From NCBI RefSeq assembly GCF_040218065.1, contig NZ_JAVJQE010000013.1, positions 590,457 through 654,456 of the forward strand: 64,000 nucleotides of DNA. Direction: 5' to 3'. Each line of letters opens with the position of its first letter. Position 1 is the stretch's first letter. A model generated the notes under the pieces. It was not told the origin of the DNA, did no database searches, and was given only the letters and a program-made list of their open reading frames with translations. Both the position numbers and the translations under genes were made by a program. This DNA is from Marivibrio sp. (lineage in GTDB: Bacteria > Pseudomonadota > Alphaproteobacteria > UBA8366 > Aestuariispiraceae). Below are positions 8,979 through 18,211 of this stretch, piece by piece.

Positions 8979-9682
8979 GACGCACGCGCCCCGTCGTCGT
9001 CCTCCGCCTGGGCCAGGCGGAAGGCGGCGACCAGTTTCTCGGCCGCGTTTTCAATGTGACCGACGGCGCGCGCCTCCGCCTCGGCCGCGTCGCCGGCGAC
9101 GACGGGCGCCAGGATCCCGGCGTGTTGGGTCCAAATGTCCTCCGGCGTCTCGGCGCAGCGCAGCACCTCGCCCATCACCCGGCGCAGGAAGCGCCAATGC
9201 GGCTCGGCCGTCTTGGCCAGAAGCGGATTGCCCGACATCTCGTAAAGCAGGGCGTGAAAGGCCTCGTCCTGGCGGATCTGTTCGGCCGTGTCGCCGGCGC
9301 CCACCGCGGCCGCGCCGGCGTCCAGGATGGCGCGACCCCGCCCCTCGATCGCTCGGGCGACATCGGCGCGGGCGGCCGCGCGCCGGGCCGCCCCGCGCGC
9401 CGCAAGCCCGTCCAGACTGGCGCGGATCTCGTAATGCGCGCGCATCCGCTCCAGATCCAGCGGCGCGACGCGCAGCCCCCGGCCGCCGCCTTCCTCGACC
9501 ATCCCGTCGGCTTTCAGCAACGCCATCGCCTGCTGCACCGGCTGGCGCGAGACCCCGAGCCGCCGGGCGATCTGCTCCTGCACCAGATGCGCGCCGGCCG
9601 GCAGCGCGCCGCGGCAGATCTCGTCCAGCAGCGCTTGATAAACCTGATCGGTCAGCCCGGGGCTGGTTCGGATGACGGACAT
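8975..9682 (-). CDS. GntR-family transcriptional regulator (FadR/FCD-type C-terminal domain)
   Basis: N-terminal winged HTH (QVYQALLDEICRGALPAGAHLVQEQIARRLGVSRQPVQQAMALLKADGMV). Its stop overlaps the start of the ligase gene (ATGA, 8975-8978). Confidence 0.9.
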   Translation of the reverse strand: MSVIRTSPGLTDQVYQALLDEICRGALPAGAHLVQEQIARRLGVSRQPVQQAMALLKADGMVEEGGGRGLRVAPLDLERMRAHYEIRASLDGLAARGAARRAAARADVARAIEGRGRAILDAGAAAVGAGDTAEQIRQDEAFHALLYEMSGNPLLAKTAEPHWRFLRRVMGEVLRCAETPEDIWTQHAGILAPVVAGDAAEAEARAVGHIENAAEKLVAAFRLAQAEDDDGARAS

Positions 9683-9700
9683 CGCGCGCCTCCAGTTCGC

Positions 9701-9716
9701 ATTCTGAATTCAGAAT
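9701..9716. promoter_or_regulatory. perfect 16-bp palindrome ATTCTGAATTCAGAAT in the divergent gntR / aldolase promoter region (candidate operator)
   Basis: Read directly from the sequence, 19 nt upstream of the gntR start codon. A second palindrome TTGACG-cgccc-CGTCAA lies at 9729-9745. Confidence 0.55.
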
Positions 9717-9808
9717 TCAATATTCCGATTGACGCGCCCCGTCAACAGGCCTCATAACGGGGCCGCTGCAAGACGCAGAGGCAAAGAGACGCGAAGGAGA
9801 CTCCGACC

Positions 9809-10621
9809 ATGCTCGACCTGGGCAATCGCAAATCGATCTATCAGCCGGAACAGCAGGGGCTGAAATTCCCGGAGGAACCGGCCTTCGAGAGCCCGGCCGA
9901 GGAGCGGCTTGATCGCAAGCGCCGCCTGGTCGCGGCCTGCCGCGCCTTCGCCAAGCACGGCCTGGACTACGGCTTCGCCGGCCACCTGACGATCCGCGAT
10001 CCGGAGCGCCCGGAGCTTTACTGGACGAACCCTATGGCGGTTCATTTCGCGGATGTGACGCTCTCCAGCCTGATCCTGGTCGATCACGACGGCAAGGTGG
10101 TCGAAGGCGACTACGCGGTGAACCGCGCCGGCTTCGTGCTGCATGCGGCCGTGCATGAGGAGCATCCGGACATCCTGGCCATGTGCCACGCGCACACGGT
10201 CTACGGCACGGCCTTCGCGTCGCTCGCCAAGCCGCTCCTCCCGATGACGCAGGATCATTGCGCTTTCTTCGAGGATCACGTCGTGATCGCCGCCGAGGGC
10301 GGAAAGGTCGCGGTCGAGAACTTGGCCGGCACGGACGTCTCGAAGGCCTTCAAGGGCGTGAAGGCGGCGATCCACCAGAACCACGGCCTGCTGACCGCCA
10401 GCCGGCACAGCATCGACGCCGCCGCCTTCTGGTTCATGGCGCTGGAACGCTGCTGTCAGCAGCAGCTCGCGGTCGAGGCGACCGGCGCCGAGCCGACGCT
10501 GGTCCCCGACGACAAGGCCCGCTACAGCCGCGAGCATGTGGGCAGCGAGTATATCGGCTGGCTGCACTTCCAGCCGATCTATGACAATCTCTGCCGCCGC
10601 GAGCCGGAGATGTTTCTCTGA
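9809..10621 (+). CDS. class II aldolase/adducin-family protein
   Basis: GHLTIRDPE...YWTNP, VNRAGFVLHAAVHEEHPDILAMCHAHTVYGTAF, which is the His-rich metal site pattern of class II aldolase/adducin. SD is GAAGGAGA. Confidence 0.8.
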   Translation: MLDLGNRKSIYQPEQQGLKFPEEPAFESPAEERLDRKRRLVAACRAFAKHGLDYGFAGHLTIRDPERPELYWTNPMAVHFADVTLSSLILVDHDGKVVEGDYAVNRAGFVLHAAVHEEHPDILAMCHAHTVYGTAFASLAKPLLPMTQDHCAFFEDHVVIAAEGGKVAVENLAGTDVSKAFKGVKAAIHQNHGLLTASRHSIDAAAFWFMALERCCQQQLAVEATGAEPTLVPDDKARYSREHVGSEYIGWLHFQPIYDNLCRREPEMFL

Positions 10622-10633
10622 CGCTCCCGCCCC

Positions 10634-10755
10634 GGGGGCGCCCGTCTTCATCTGCCCTGGGGCGTCCCCGCGAAGGCGGGGACCTCTCTCGGCCGGCTCA
10701 AATGTCGAAGCGCGCCGCCTGAGGCCCCCGCCTGCGCGGGGGCGCCCGTCTTCAT
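10634..10755. repeat. intergenic repeat element: 18-bp direct repeats flanking a family-1 REP hairpin
   Basis: GGGGGCGCCCGTCTTCAT occurs at 10634-10651 and 10738-10755. GTCCCCGC-gaag-GCGGGGAC at 10664-10683 has the same stem as 5608-5627. Confidence 0.7.
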
Positions 10756-10834
10756 TCAAAACCGTTGTGATCCCAGCCGACGAATTCGGGGAGCCCCTTT
10801 CCCCCGCCCCCGCAATCGGGCTAAACAAGCGGCG

Positions 10835-11992
10835 ATGACGAACGCTGCGCCCTTCCCCCATTCGCCGACCGAGCTCATCATCGATCTCGACGCGCTGGCC
10901 GACAATTGGCGCGTGCTGCGCGACCGTGCGGCCGAGGGCGGCGCCTTCGCGACGGCTGTCGTCAAAGCCGACGGCTACGGGCTGGGGATCGCGCCGGTCT
11001 CGGGCGCGCTGCATCGCGCCGGCTGCCGCAGCTTCTTCACCGCCCATCTGGACGAGGCGATTCGCCTGCGCGCGATCCTGCCCGGCGCGGATGTCGAAAT
11101 CTCGGCGATGAACGGCCTGATGGCGGGGGAGGAAAGCGTCTACGCCGAACACAGGATCGCGCCGACGCTGAACGACCTCGGCCAGATCGAGCGCTGGCGG
11201 GCGTTCTGCCGCGCCGAAGAGAGCGCGCCTCCCGCCAACCTGCATGTCGACACAGGGATGTGCCGGCTGGGCTTGCCCGGGCAGGAAGTCGAGCGCCTGA
11301 CCGCGGAGCCGGAGCGCCTGGAGGGCTTGGCGATCGACCATCTGATGAGCCACCTCGTCATGGCGGACGCGACGGATGCGCCGATCAATCGGCGCCAGCA
11401 AGAGGATTTCGCCGCGATCTGCGCGCGCTTGGCCCCGCCCCGGCGCGGGCGCATGCTGGCCAACAGTTCCGGCTGCTTCCTGGGCGCCGACTGGCTGTTC
11501 GACTGCGTGCGGCCGGGGATTTCGATCTATGGCGGCAAGCCCAACGATCTCGGCCCGAACCCGATGAAGCCGGTGGTGCGGCTGGCGGCGAAAATCCTGC
11601 AAATCCGCGACGTTGACGCCCCTCAGACCGTCGGATACGGTGCCGCGCATCGGGTGGAGGGGCCGACCCGCGTGGCGACCGTAGCGGTCGGCTATGCAGA
11701 CGGTTATCTGCGCACGGCCGGCGCGGGCCCGATCCCGAAGGGCGCCGTCGCCCATATCGGCCAGCAGGAGGTCCCGGTGATCGGCCGCATCTCGATGGAT
11801 CTGACGACGCTGGACGTCAGCGCCGCGCCCGAGGCGCGCGTCGGCGACGTCATCGACATGCTGGGTCCGCTTAACACCGTCGACGACCTGGCGGACGCGG
11901 CGGGCACCATCGGTTATGAAATCCTGACCTCGCTCGGCCCGCGCTATCGACGCACCTATCTCGGCGCGGGCGCGGAAGGCCTCTCGGCATGA
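10835..11992 (+). CDS. alr: alanine racemase
   Basis: AVVKADGYGLG PLP-lysine motif, VRPGISIYG, and GYADGY...GRISMD. Confidence 0.92.
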   Translation: MTNAAPFPHSPTELIIDLDALADNWRVLRDRAAEGGAFATAVVKADGYGLGIAPVSGALHRAGCRSFFTAHLDEAIRLRAILPGADVEISAMNGLMAGEESVYAEHRIAPTLNDLGQIERWRAFCRAEESAPPANLHVDTGMCRLGLPGQEVERLTAEPERLEGLAIDHLMSHLVMADATDAPINRRQQEDFAAICARLAPPRRGRMLANSSGCFLGADWLFDCVRPGISIYGGKPNDLGPNPMKPVVRLAAKILQIRDVDAPQTVGYGAAHRVEGPTRVATVAVGYADGYLRTAGAGPIPKGAVAHIGQQEVPVIGRISMDLTTLDVSAAPEARVGDVIDMLGPLNTVDDLADAAGTIGYEILTSLGPRYRRTYLGAGAEGLSA

Positions 11993-12762
11993 ACCCGTTT
12001 CGCCCGGTCGGGCGCGCCTTCATCCGCTTCCTGGCGGCGACGGGCCGTCTCATGCTGTTCGCGGTCAACGGCGTCAGCCACTGCGTGCGTCCGCCGATCT
12101 ACCCGCGCCTCATCGGCCAGCAGATGATCGACATCGGCTACTATTCGCTGCCGGTGGTCGGGCTGACGACCTTGTTCGCAGGCATGGTTTTGGCGCTGCA
12201 GAGCTACACCGGCTTCGCGCGCTTCTCGGCCGAGGGCGCGATCCCCTCGGTGGTCGTGCTGTCGATCACGCGGGAGCTGTCGCCGGTGCTCGCGGGCCTG
12301 ATGATCGCGGGGCGCATCGGCGCGGCCATGGCGGCCGAGCTCGGCACGATGCGCGTGACCGAGCAGATCGACGCGCTCGAGACGCTTTCGACCAATCCGT
12401 ACAAGTATTTGGTCGCGCCCCGGCTGATCGCGGGCGTCACGATGATGCCGCTGCTGGTCCTGATCGGCGACGTGATGGGCGTGTTCGGCGGGTATGTCGT
12501 CAGCGTGTTCAAGCTGGGCTTCAACGCGCAGACCTACATCGTCAACACCTGGAATTTCGTCGAGGCGATGGACATCATATCGGGCCTCGCCAAGGCGGCG
12601 GTCTTCGGCTTCCTGGTGGCGCTGATGGGCTGCTATCACGGCTACAACAGCCGCGGCGGCGCGCAGGGCGTGGGCGCTGCGACGACCAACGCGGTGGTCA
12701 GCGCCTCGATCCTGATCCTGATCTTCAACTACCTCATCACCGAGATGTTCTTCGCCCAATGA
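11989..12762 (+). CDS. mlaE: MlaE-family ABC transporter permease
   Basis: ITRELSPVLAGLMIAGRIGAAMAAELGTMRVTEQIDALETLSTNP is the MlaE/Ttg2B signature. Its ATG overlaps the alr stop (ATGA). Confidence 0.85.
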   Translation: MNPFRPVGRAFIRFLAATGRLMLFAVNGVSHCVRPPIYPRLIGQQMIDIGYYSLPVVGLTTLFAGMVLALQSYTGFARFSAEGAIPSVVVLSITRELSPVLAGLMIAGRIGAAMAAELGTMRVTEQIDALETLSTNPYKYLVAPRLIAGVTMMPLLVLIGDVMGVFGGYVVSVFKLGFNAQTYIVNTWNFVEAMDIISGLAKAAVFGFLVALMGCYHGYNSRGGAQGVGAATTNAVVSASILILIFNYLITEMFFAQ

Positions 12763-13544
12763 GCGCCGCGACCGACACGCCGAAAATTAAGCTGACGGGC
12801 GTCGCCAAGGCGTTCGGAGAGAAGCGCGTGCTGCGCGGCGTCGACCTTTCGGTCGCGCCGCAGGAATCCCTCGTGATCATCGGCGGTTCGGGCTCAGGCA
12901 AGTCCGTCATGCTCAAGTGCATTCTGGGTCTGATAGCGCCGGACGCGGGCGAAATCGAAGTGGACGGCCGGCCGGTGACCCGGCTGAGCCCGGCCGAACG
13001 CGAAGAGGTGAACAGCCGCATCGGCATGCTGTTCCAGAACGCCGCGCTCTTCGACAGCATCAGCGTCTGGGAGAACGTCGCCTTCGGCCTGATCCAGGGC
13101 AAGCGCATGGACCGCGCGAAGGCCAAGGACATCGCGATCAAGAAGCTGTCCGACGTGGGCCTCGATTCGGACGTGGGCAATCTGTCCCCGGCCGAGCTGT
13201 CGGGCGGCATGCGCAAACGTGTCGGGCTGGCCCGCGCCATCGCCGGCGACCCGGACATTATCTTCTTCGACGAGCCGACCACGGGCCTCGACCCGATCAT
13301 GGGCCACATCATCGACGATCTGATCGTCCATTGCGTGCGTCAGGTCGGGGCGACCGCCGTCTCCATCACCCACGATATGCCGAGCGCCCGGCGCATCTCC
13401 GATCGCATGGCGATGCTCTACAAGGGCGAGATCATCTGGGAAGGCCCGACCGACCAGGTCGACGACAGCGGCAACCCCTATGTCGATCAATTCATCCGGG
13501 GGTCGGCCGAGGGCCCGATCCAGATGGAGTTGCGCAAACTCTGA
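12759..13544 (+). CDS. mlaF: MlaF-family ABC transporter ATP-binding protein
   Basis: Walker A GGSGSGKS, signature LSGGMRKRVGLARA, Walker B IIFFDEPTTGLD. 4-nt overlap with mlaE. Confidence 0.9.
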   Translation: MSAATDTPKIKLTGVAKAFGEKRVLRGVDLSVAPQESLVIIGGSGSGKSVMLKCILGLIAPDAGEIEVDGRPVTRLSPAEREEVNSRIGMLFQNAALFDSISVWENVAFGLIQGKRMDRAKAKDIAIKKLSDVGLDSDVGNLSPAELSGGMRKRVGLARAIAGDPDIIFFDEPTTGLDPIMGHIIDDLIVHCVRQVGATAVSITHDMPSARRISDRMAMLYKGEIIWEGPTDQVDDSGNPYVDQFIRGSAEGPIQMELRKL

Positions 13545-13599
13545 ACCGACGTCGCGGCCTGCGTCGGCGAGCCTGATCGGCCCAGCGAGGAGCCGCCGG

Positions 13600-14229
13600 A
13601 TGACAGCCGCTCGTTTTTGGGACCGTTGGGCGGAACGCTACGCCGCCCGGGAGATATCGGACCCGCAGGCCTACGAGGAGAAGCTGCGCCGCACGCAGGC
13701 GCATCTGCGCCCCGACATGGTCGTGCTGGAACTCGGCTGCGGCACGGGCGGAACCGCCCGTCGTCATGCGCCAATCGTCGCGCGCTACCTCGCAACGGAC
13801 GCCTCCCCCGAAATGATCCGCATCGCCCGGGGGAGGATGACCGACGACTCACCGTCCGGCCTCAGCTTCGCGGTCGAGACCGTCGAGGAGGCGATCGCGG
13901 ACGCCGGACGCAAAACTGACGCCCCGGACGCTATCCTCGCGCTCAGCCTGCTGCATCTGTTGCCGGACTGGCGCGAGTCGCTGGCCGGGATCGCGCGATC
14001 GCTGAAACCAGGCGGGCTGTTCGTCTCCAACACCTTCTGTTTCCGCGACAGCCACCCGTGGCTGCGGTGGGTGTCGCGGCCCTTCCAGGCGGCGGGCCTG
14101 CTTCCCCGCTTCGCGCATCTGCGCGAAGCCGAGTTGATCGCGGCGATCGAGGCGGCCGGCTTCCATGTGCTGGAGACTTGGCGACCCGACCGGAAAGCGG
14201 CCCTGTTCGTGATCGCGCGGGCGCGCTGA
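13600..14229 (+). CDS. class I SAM-dependent methyltransferase
   Basis: VLELGCGTGGTA motif I, with start chosen at MTAARFWDRW (ATG 13600). The longer upstream ORF extension is Arg/Ser-rich junk. Confidence 0.8.
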   Translation: MTAARFWDRWAERYAAREISDPQAYEEKLRRTQAHLRPDMVVLELGCGTGGTARRHAPIVARYLATDASPEMIRIARGRMTDDSPSGLSFAVETVEEAIADAGRKTDAPDAILALSLLHLLPDWRESLAGIARSLKPGGLFVSNTFCFRDSHPWLRWVSRPFQAAGLLPRFAHLREAELIAAIEAAGFHVLETWRPDRKAALFVIARAR

Positions 14230-14350
14230 AGCCGGCCGGTGATTGTTTCCATTCGATCACAAGGCCGTGGCGGCGCTTGTCTGGCGCGTCGCCGGGGCCA
14301 GATAGTGGAACGATCGGTTGCGAACCGACAGCCATCGAACAAGAGGGGAT

Positions 14351-15247
14351 ATGACCAGCATGAGCGACACCGACGCCAATCCCGACGCCCAGCCGCCCGG
14401 CTATCAGCCGCCCAAGGTTTGGGAGTGGAGCGACGCAAACGGCGGCAAATTCTCCAAGACCAATCGCCCGATCGCCGGCCCGACGCATGAGAAGGAACTG
14501 CCGGTCGGCGACAATCCGTTGCAGCTTTATTCGCTGGCGACGCCGAACGGCGTGAAGGTCACCATCATGCTGGAGGAGTTGCTCGATCTCGGCCACACGG
14601 GCGCCGAGTACGACGCCTATACGATCGACATCGGCGACGGCGATCAGTTCGGCGGCGGCTTCGTTGCGATCAATCCGAACTCCAAGATTCCGGCGCTGCT
14701 TGACCGCAGCCAAGATCAGCCGATCCGGGTCTTCGAGAGCGGATCGATCCTGCTTTATCTGGCGGAGAAGTTCGACGAGTTTCTGCCCAAAGACCCCGCG
14801 ACGCGGACCGAAACGCTGAATTGGCTGTTCTGGCAGATGGGCAGCGCACCCTATCTCGGCGGCGGCTTCGGCCACTTCTACGCCTATGCGCCATTCCCCC
14901 AGAAATACCCGATCGATCGCTTCGCGATGGAGGCCAAGCGCCAGTTGGACGTGCTGGACCGGCGCCTCGGCGAAAGCCGCTTCCTGGCCGGCGACGCCTA
15001 CACCATCGCCGACATCGCCGTCTGGCCCTGGTACGGGGTGCTGGCGCTCGGCAAGCTCTACGACGCCGGCGAGTTCCTGCAGGTGCAGGACTACAAGAAC
15101 CTGCAGCGCTGGACGCGGGAGATCGGCAAACGCCCGGCGGTCGAGCGCGGCCGCATGATCAACCGCAAGTGGGGCGACGAGAACACGCAGATGTTGGAAC
15201 GCCACGGTCCCGCCGACTACGAGGGCAAGGCGGGCGTTAAGATCTGA
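14351..15247 (+). CDS. yghU: Nu-class glutathione S-transferase (YghU-like)
   Basis: PPKVWEWSDANGGKFSKTNRPIAGPTHEKELPVGDNPLQLYSLATPNGVKVTIMLEELL and GGGFGHFYAYAP closely follow E. coli YghU as I recall it. SD AAGAGGGGA precedes the ATG at 14351. Confidence 0.9.
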   Translation: MTSMSDTDANPDAQPPGYQPPKVWEWSDANGGKFSKTNRPIAGPTHEKELPVGDNPLQLYSLATPNGVKVTIMLEELLDLGHTGAEYDAYTIDIGDGDQFGGGFVAINPNSKIPALLDRSQDQPIRVFESGSILLYLAEKFDEFLPKDPATRTETLNWLFWQMGSAPYLGGGFGHFYAYAPFPQKYPIDRFAMEAKRQLDVLDRRLGESRFLAGDAYTIADIAVWPWYGVLALGKLYDAGEFLQVQDYKNLQRWTREIGKRPAVERGRMINRKWGDENTQMLERHGPADYEGKAGVKI

Positions 15248-15312
15248 CGGACGACGTCAACCCTCCCGTCTTGACTAATTCGGCCCCCTAACAATATGGC
15301 CGTTAGGGACGG

Positions 15313-15343
15313 ACGCCCCGCCTTCCCGGCGGGGCGTTTCTTT
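15313..15343 (+). terminator. rho-independent terminator after yghU
   Basis: ACGCCCCGCC-ttccc-GGCGGGGCGT perfect 10-bp stem, followed by TTCTTT. Confidence 0.75.
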
Positions 15344-15381
15344 ATCCCCACCCCGCATCACGACGCAGAGGAGGATCCCCG

Positions 15382-15756
15382 ATGAAACGCACGACTTTCG
15401 CCCTGACCCTCGCCGCCGCCGTCGCCGCGCCCGCCGCGGGCGCGTTGGCGGAGGACTGCGGCGCGCGGATCAATCAGGTGGCCGCCCATCCGGCCATCGA
15501 GACCGAGACCGCCGTGGACGGCGAGACCGTCGTCAAGCGCGGCGACGCGATCGAGACCGAGGGCGGGACCACCACCTACAGCGAAAGCGGACCCGCCGTG
15601 CCGCGCGAGAACTGGTTCGGCGACGCGCCGCAATTCTCCGCGCTGCTCGGCTATCTTGAGACGGCGATCGAGCATAACGAGCGGGGCGACGAGGCGGCCT
15701 GCAACGAAGCCGTCGGCGAAGCCGAGGATCTGCTGAAGAAGCACGGCTCCGGATGA
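15382..15756 (+). CDS. hypothetical secreted protein
   Basis: Sec-type signal peptide MKRTTFALTLAAAVAAPAAGALA and SD GAGGAGGA. No recognisable domain. Confidence 0.5.
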   Translation: MKRTTFALTLAAAVAAPAAGALAEDCGARINQVAAHPAIETETAVDGETVVKRGDAIETEGGTTTYSESGPAVPRENWFGDAPQFSALLGYLETAIEHNERGDEAACNEAVGEAEDLLKKHGSG

Positions 15757-15943
15757 TGGGCGCGCGCCCGCGCGACCAAATAGCCCACCATAAACTGTCG
15801 GCTCGGCCTTGAACCAGGATGCGGGGCGACGACAAGGATCGGCGCGTCTGAAGCGGCCCAATCCGGCCCGCGCGCCGCTGGCCAGCCTCGCGAATCTGCG
15901 GCACAGTGCGGGCGGTTCCCGACGCCTCGTCCCAGGAGTTCCG

Positions 15944-17362
15944 ATGGCCCGCTCCGCCAGCCGTTTCATCTGTCAGAGTTGCGGCGCGGTCTATCCGCGC
16001 TGGCAGGGCCGATGCGAGGCCTGCGACGAATGGAACTCGATCTCCGAAGAGGCGGTCGAGAGCGCGCCCCCGATCGGCGGGAAGGCCAAAGGGACGAGCG
16101 CGGCCGCGCGTCGCGGCAAGGCGGTGGAGTTCGTCGCGCTGGACGGCGTCAATCAACGCGCGCCGCGCCTCAAGACCGGCATGGCGGAGGTCGACCGCGT
16201 GCTCGGCGGCGGGCTGGTCGACGGCTCGGCCGTTCTGATCGGCGGCGATCCGGGCATCGGCAAATCGACCTTGCTGCTGCAGGTCACGGCCGCGCTGTCG
16301 AGGCAAGCGCGGGTCGCCTATGTCTCGGGCGAGGAGGCGATCGATCAGGTGCGCATGCGCGCCGACCGCCTGGGCGTCAAGGACGCGGCGGTGGAACTGG
16401 CCGCTGCGACCAGCGTCCCCGACATTCTGGCGGCGATCGACCGGCCGGACGGGCCGAAGGTCGTCGTCATCGATTCCATCCAGACCATGTATGTCGATCT
16501 GCTGGACAGCGCGCCCGGCACCGTCAGCCAGGTGCGCGCGGCCGCGCAGGAGTTGATCCGGGTCGCCAAGCGGCGCGGCGTCGCGATGCTGCTGGTCGGC
16601 CACGTCACCAAGGAGGGCGCGATCGCCGGACCTCGCGTATTGGAGCATATGGTCGACACGGTGCTCTATTTCGAAGGCGAGCGCGGCCACCCCTTCCGCA
16701 TCCTGCGCGGCGTGAAGAACCGCTTCGGCCCGACCGACGAGATCGGCGTCTTCGACATGACCGAGCAGGGGCTGCAGGAGGTGAAGAACCCCTCCGCCCT
16801 TTTCCTCGCCGATCGCCAGGAGGATGTGGCGGGCGCAGCCGTCTTCGCCGGCATCGAAGGCTCCCGTCCGATGCTGGTGGAGATCCAGGCGTTGGTCGCG
16901 CCAAGCGCCTACGGCACGCCGCGCCGCGCGGTGGTGGGTTGGGATTCGAACCGGCTGGCCATGTTGCTGGCGGTTCTGGAGTCGCGCGCGGGGCTGGACT
17001 TGGCCGGTCGCGACGTTTACTTGAACGTCGCAGGCGGCCTTCGTATTTCGGAGCCGGCGGCTGATCTGGCGGTGGCGGCGGCGATCGCCTCCGCCCTGAC
17101 CGGCGAGCCGGTGCCGGGAGAGACGGTGGTCTTCGGAGAGATCGGGCTTTCCGGCGAAGTGCGCACCGTCGGGCGCTCGGACGCGCGACTCAAGGAAGCG
17201 GCCAAGCTCGGCTTCAAGCGGGCGATCGCGCCGCGGCGCGCCGGCGAGAAGGGCGGCGGGCGGACGGGCGGCGGCGGCGTGCGCGTGAGCGAGGTCGCCG
17301 ACGTCGGGCGTCTGGCGGCGGTGTTGGCCGGCGACGGGCCGGCGTTGAGCCGGACGGCCTGA
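15944..17362 (+). CDS. radA: DNA repair protein RadA
   Basis: Zinc finger FICQSCGAVYPRWQGRCEACDEWNS, Walker A GGDPGIGKSTLLLQ, KNRFG motif, and a Lon-like C-terminal domain. Confidence 0.96.
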   Translation: MARSASRFICQSCGAVYPRWQGRCEACDEWNSISEEAVESAPPIGGKAKGTSAAARRGKAVEFVALDGVNQRAPRLKTGMAEVDRVLGGGLVDGSAVLIGGDPGIGKSTLLLQVTAALSRQARVAYVSGEEAIDQVRMRADRLGVKDAAVELAAATSVPDILAAIDRPDGPKVVVIDSIQTMYVDLLDSAPGTVSQVRAAAQELIRVAKRRGVAMLLVGHVTKEGAIAGPRVLEHMVDTVLYFEGERGHPFRILRGVKNRFGPTDEIGVFDMTEQGLQEVKNPSALFLADRQEDVAGAAVFAGIEGSRPMLVEIQALVAPSAYGTPRRAVVGWDSNRLAMLLAVLESRAGLDLAGRDVYLNVAGGLRISEPAADLAVAAAIASALTGEPVPGETVVFGEIGLSGEVRTVGRSDARLKEAAKLGFKRAIAPRRAGEKGGGRTGGGGVRVSEVADVGRLAAVLAGDGPALSRTA

Positions 17363-17448
17363 TCCGACAGGCCGACGGCGGGCCGCTTCAAGCGGCGAGG
17401 CGGTTCAAGCCGCGGGACGAAGGTCCCCGGCTCCCAAGACGGAAGAGC

Positions 17449-18177
17449 ATGCTGGACGGTCTTCCCATCACCATCGTCGATCTCGTAGTCGTCGGCTCGA
17501 TCCTCCTCTTCGCTGTTCTGGCGAGTTTCTGGGGGTTCATGGGGCTCGTGACCGGAATCGGCGCCTGGATCGGCGCGGGCGCGGTCGCGATCCTCTACTA
17601 TCCGCAGGCCCAGGATCTGGCCCGACGCCACATCGAGACCGAGCTTTTCGCCGATCTGGCCGCGGGAATCGGGCTTTTTGCAGGCGCGTTGATCCTGTTC
17701 CTGGTGGTGAGCGCCGTGCTCTCCCATATGGTGAAGGAAAGCGCGCTGGGATCGATCAATCGGGCGCTCGGTTTCGTGTCGGGCGTCGCGCTCGGATACG
17801 TCGTCGCCTGCGTCTTCCTGATCGGCTCGATCCTCGTCTTCACCGAAGAGGAACTGCCGGGAAGCGTCACCGACGCGCGGCTCTACCCGCTGGTGCGCGC
17901 CGGCGGCGTGGCGCTGCTGGCGACCGTGCCCGATGAGTTAAAGACCGAAGGTCTTTCGACGCTTGAGAAAACCAAGACCCAGGTCGACGACGCGCAGCGC
18001 GCCAAGGAGCTTTACGATACGCTGAACAACCCTAAACCGCGCTCGGGAGACGATCCGGCGCAGGAGGGCGCGGACGGAACCGAGGACGCGGACCCAGCCG
18101 GCGCGAGCGGCGACCAGGGCTATGCGCCCGCTGAAAACGACCAGTTGGACAATCTTTTGGATCAGGTCGACCGGTGA
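17449..18177 (+). CDS. cvpA: CvpA-family membrane protein with acidic C-terminal tail
   Basis: Four predicted TM segments. Sits immediately upstream of purF (conserved cvpA-purF pairing). Confidence 0.85.
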   Translation: MLDGLPITIVDLVVVGSILLFAVLASFWGFMGLVTGIGAWIGAGAVAILYYPQAQDLARRHIETELFADLAAGIGLFAGALILFLVVSAVLSHMVKESALGSINRALGFVSGVALGYVVACVFLIGSILVFTEEELPGSVTDARLYPLVRAGGVALLATVPDELKTEGLSTLEKTKTQVDDAQRAKELYDTLNNPKPRSGDDPAQEGADGTEDADPAGASGDQGYAPAENDQLDNLLDQVDR

Positions 18178-18211
18178 TGATCGGATCGACTGACGCGAGG
18201 GCCCCGACGCC

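Noticed and set aside
10536-10838. 100-aa ORF spanning the aldolase-alr intergenic region
   Set aside because: It is composed almost entirely of the REP-like repeat element (translating to GAPVF.../ARGRPSS), has no SD, and overlaps neighbouring gene ends.
16935-16965. tRNA T-arm-like strings (GGGATTCGAACC at about 16943 and GGATTCGAAC at about 26781)
   Set aside because: Both lie inside well-supported coding sequences (radA, gcrA) and lack the surrounding acceptor and anticodon stems. I found no tRNA in the window.
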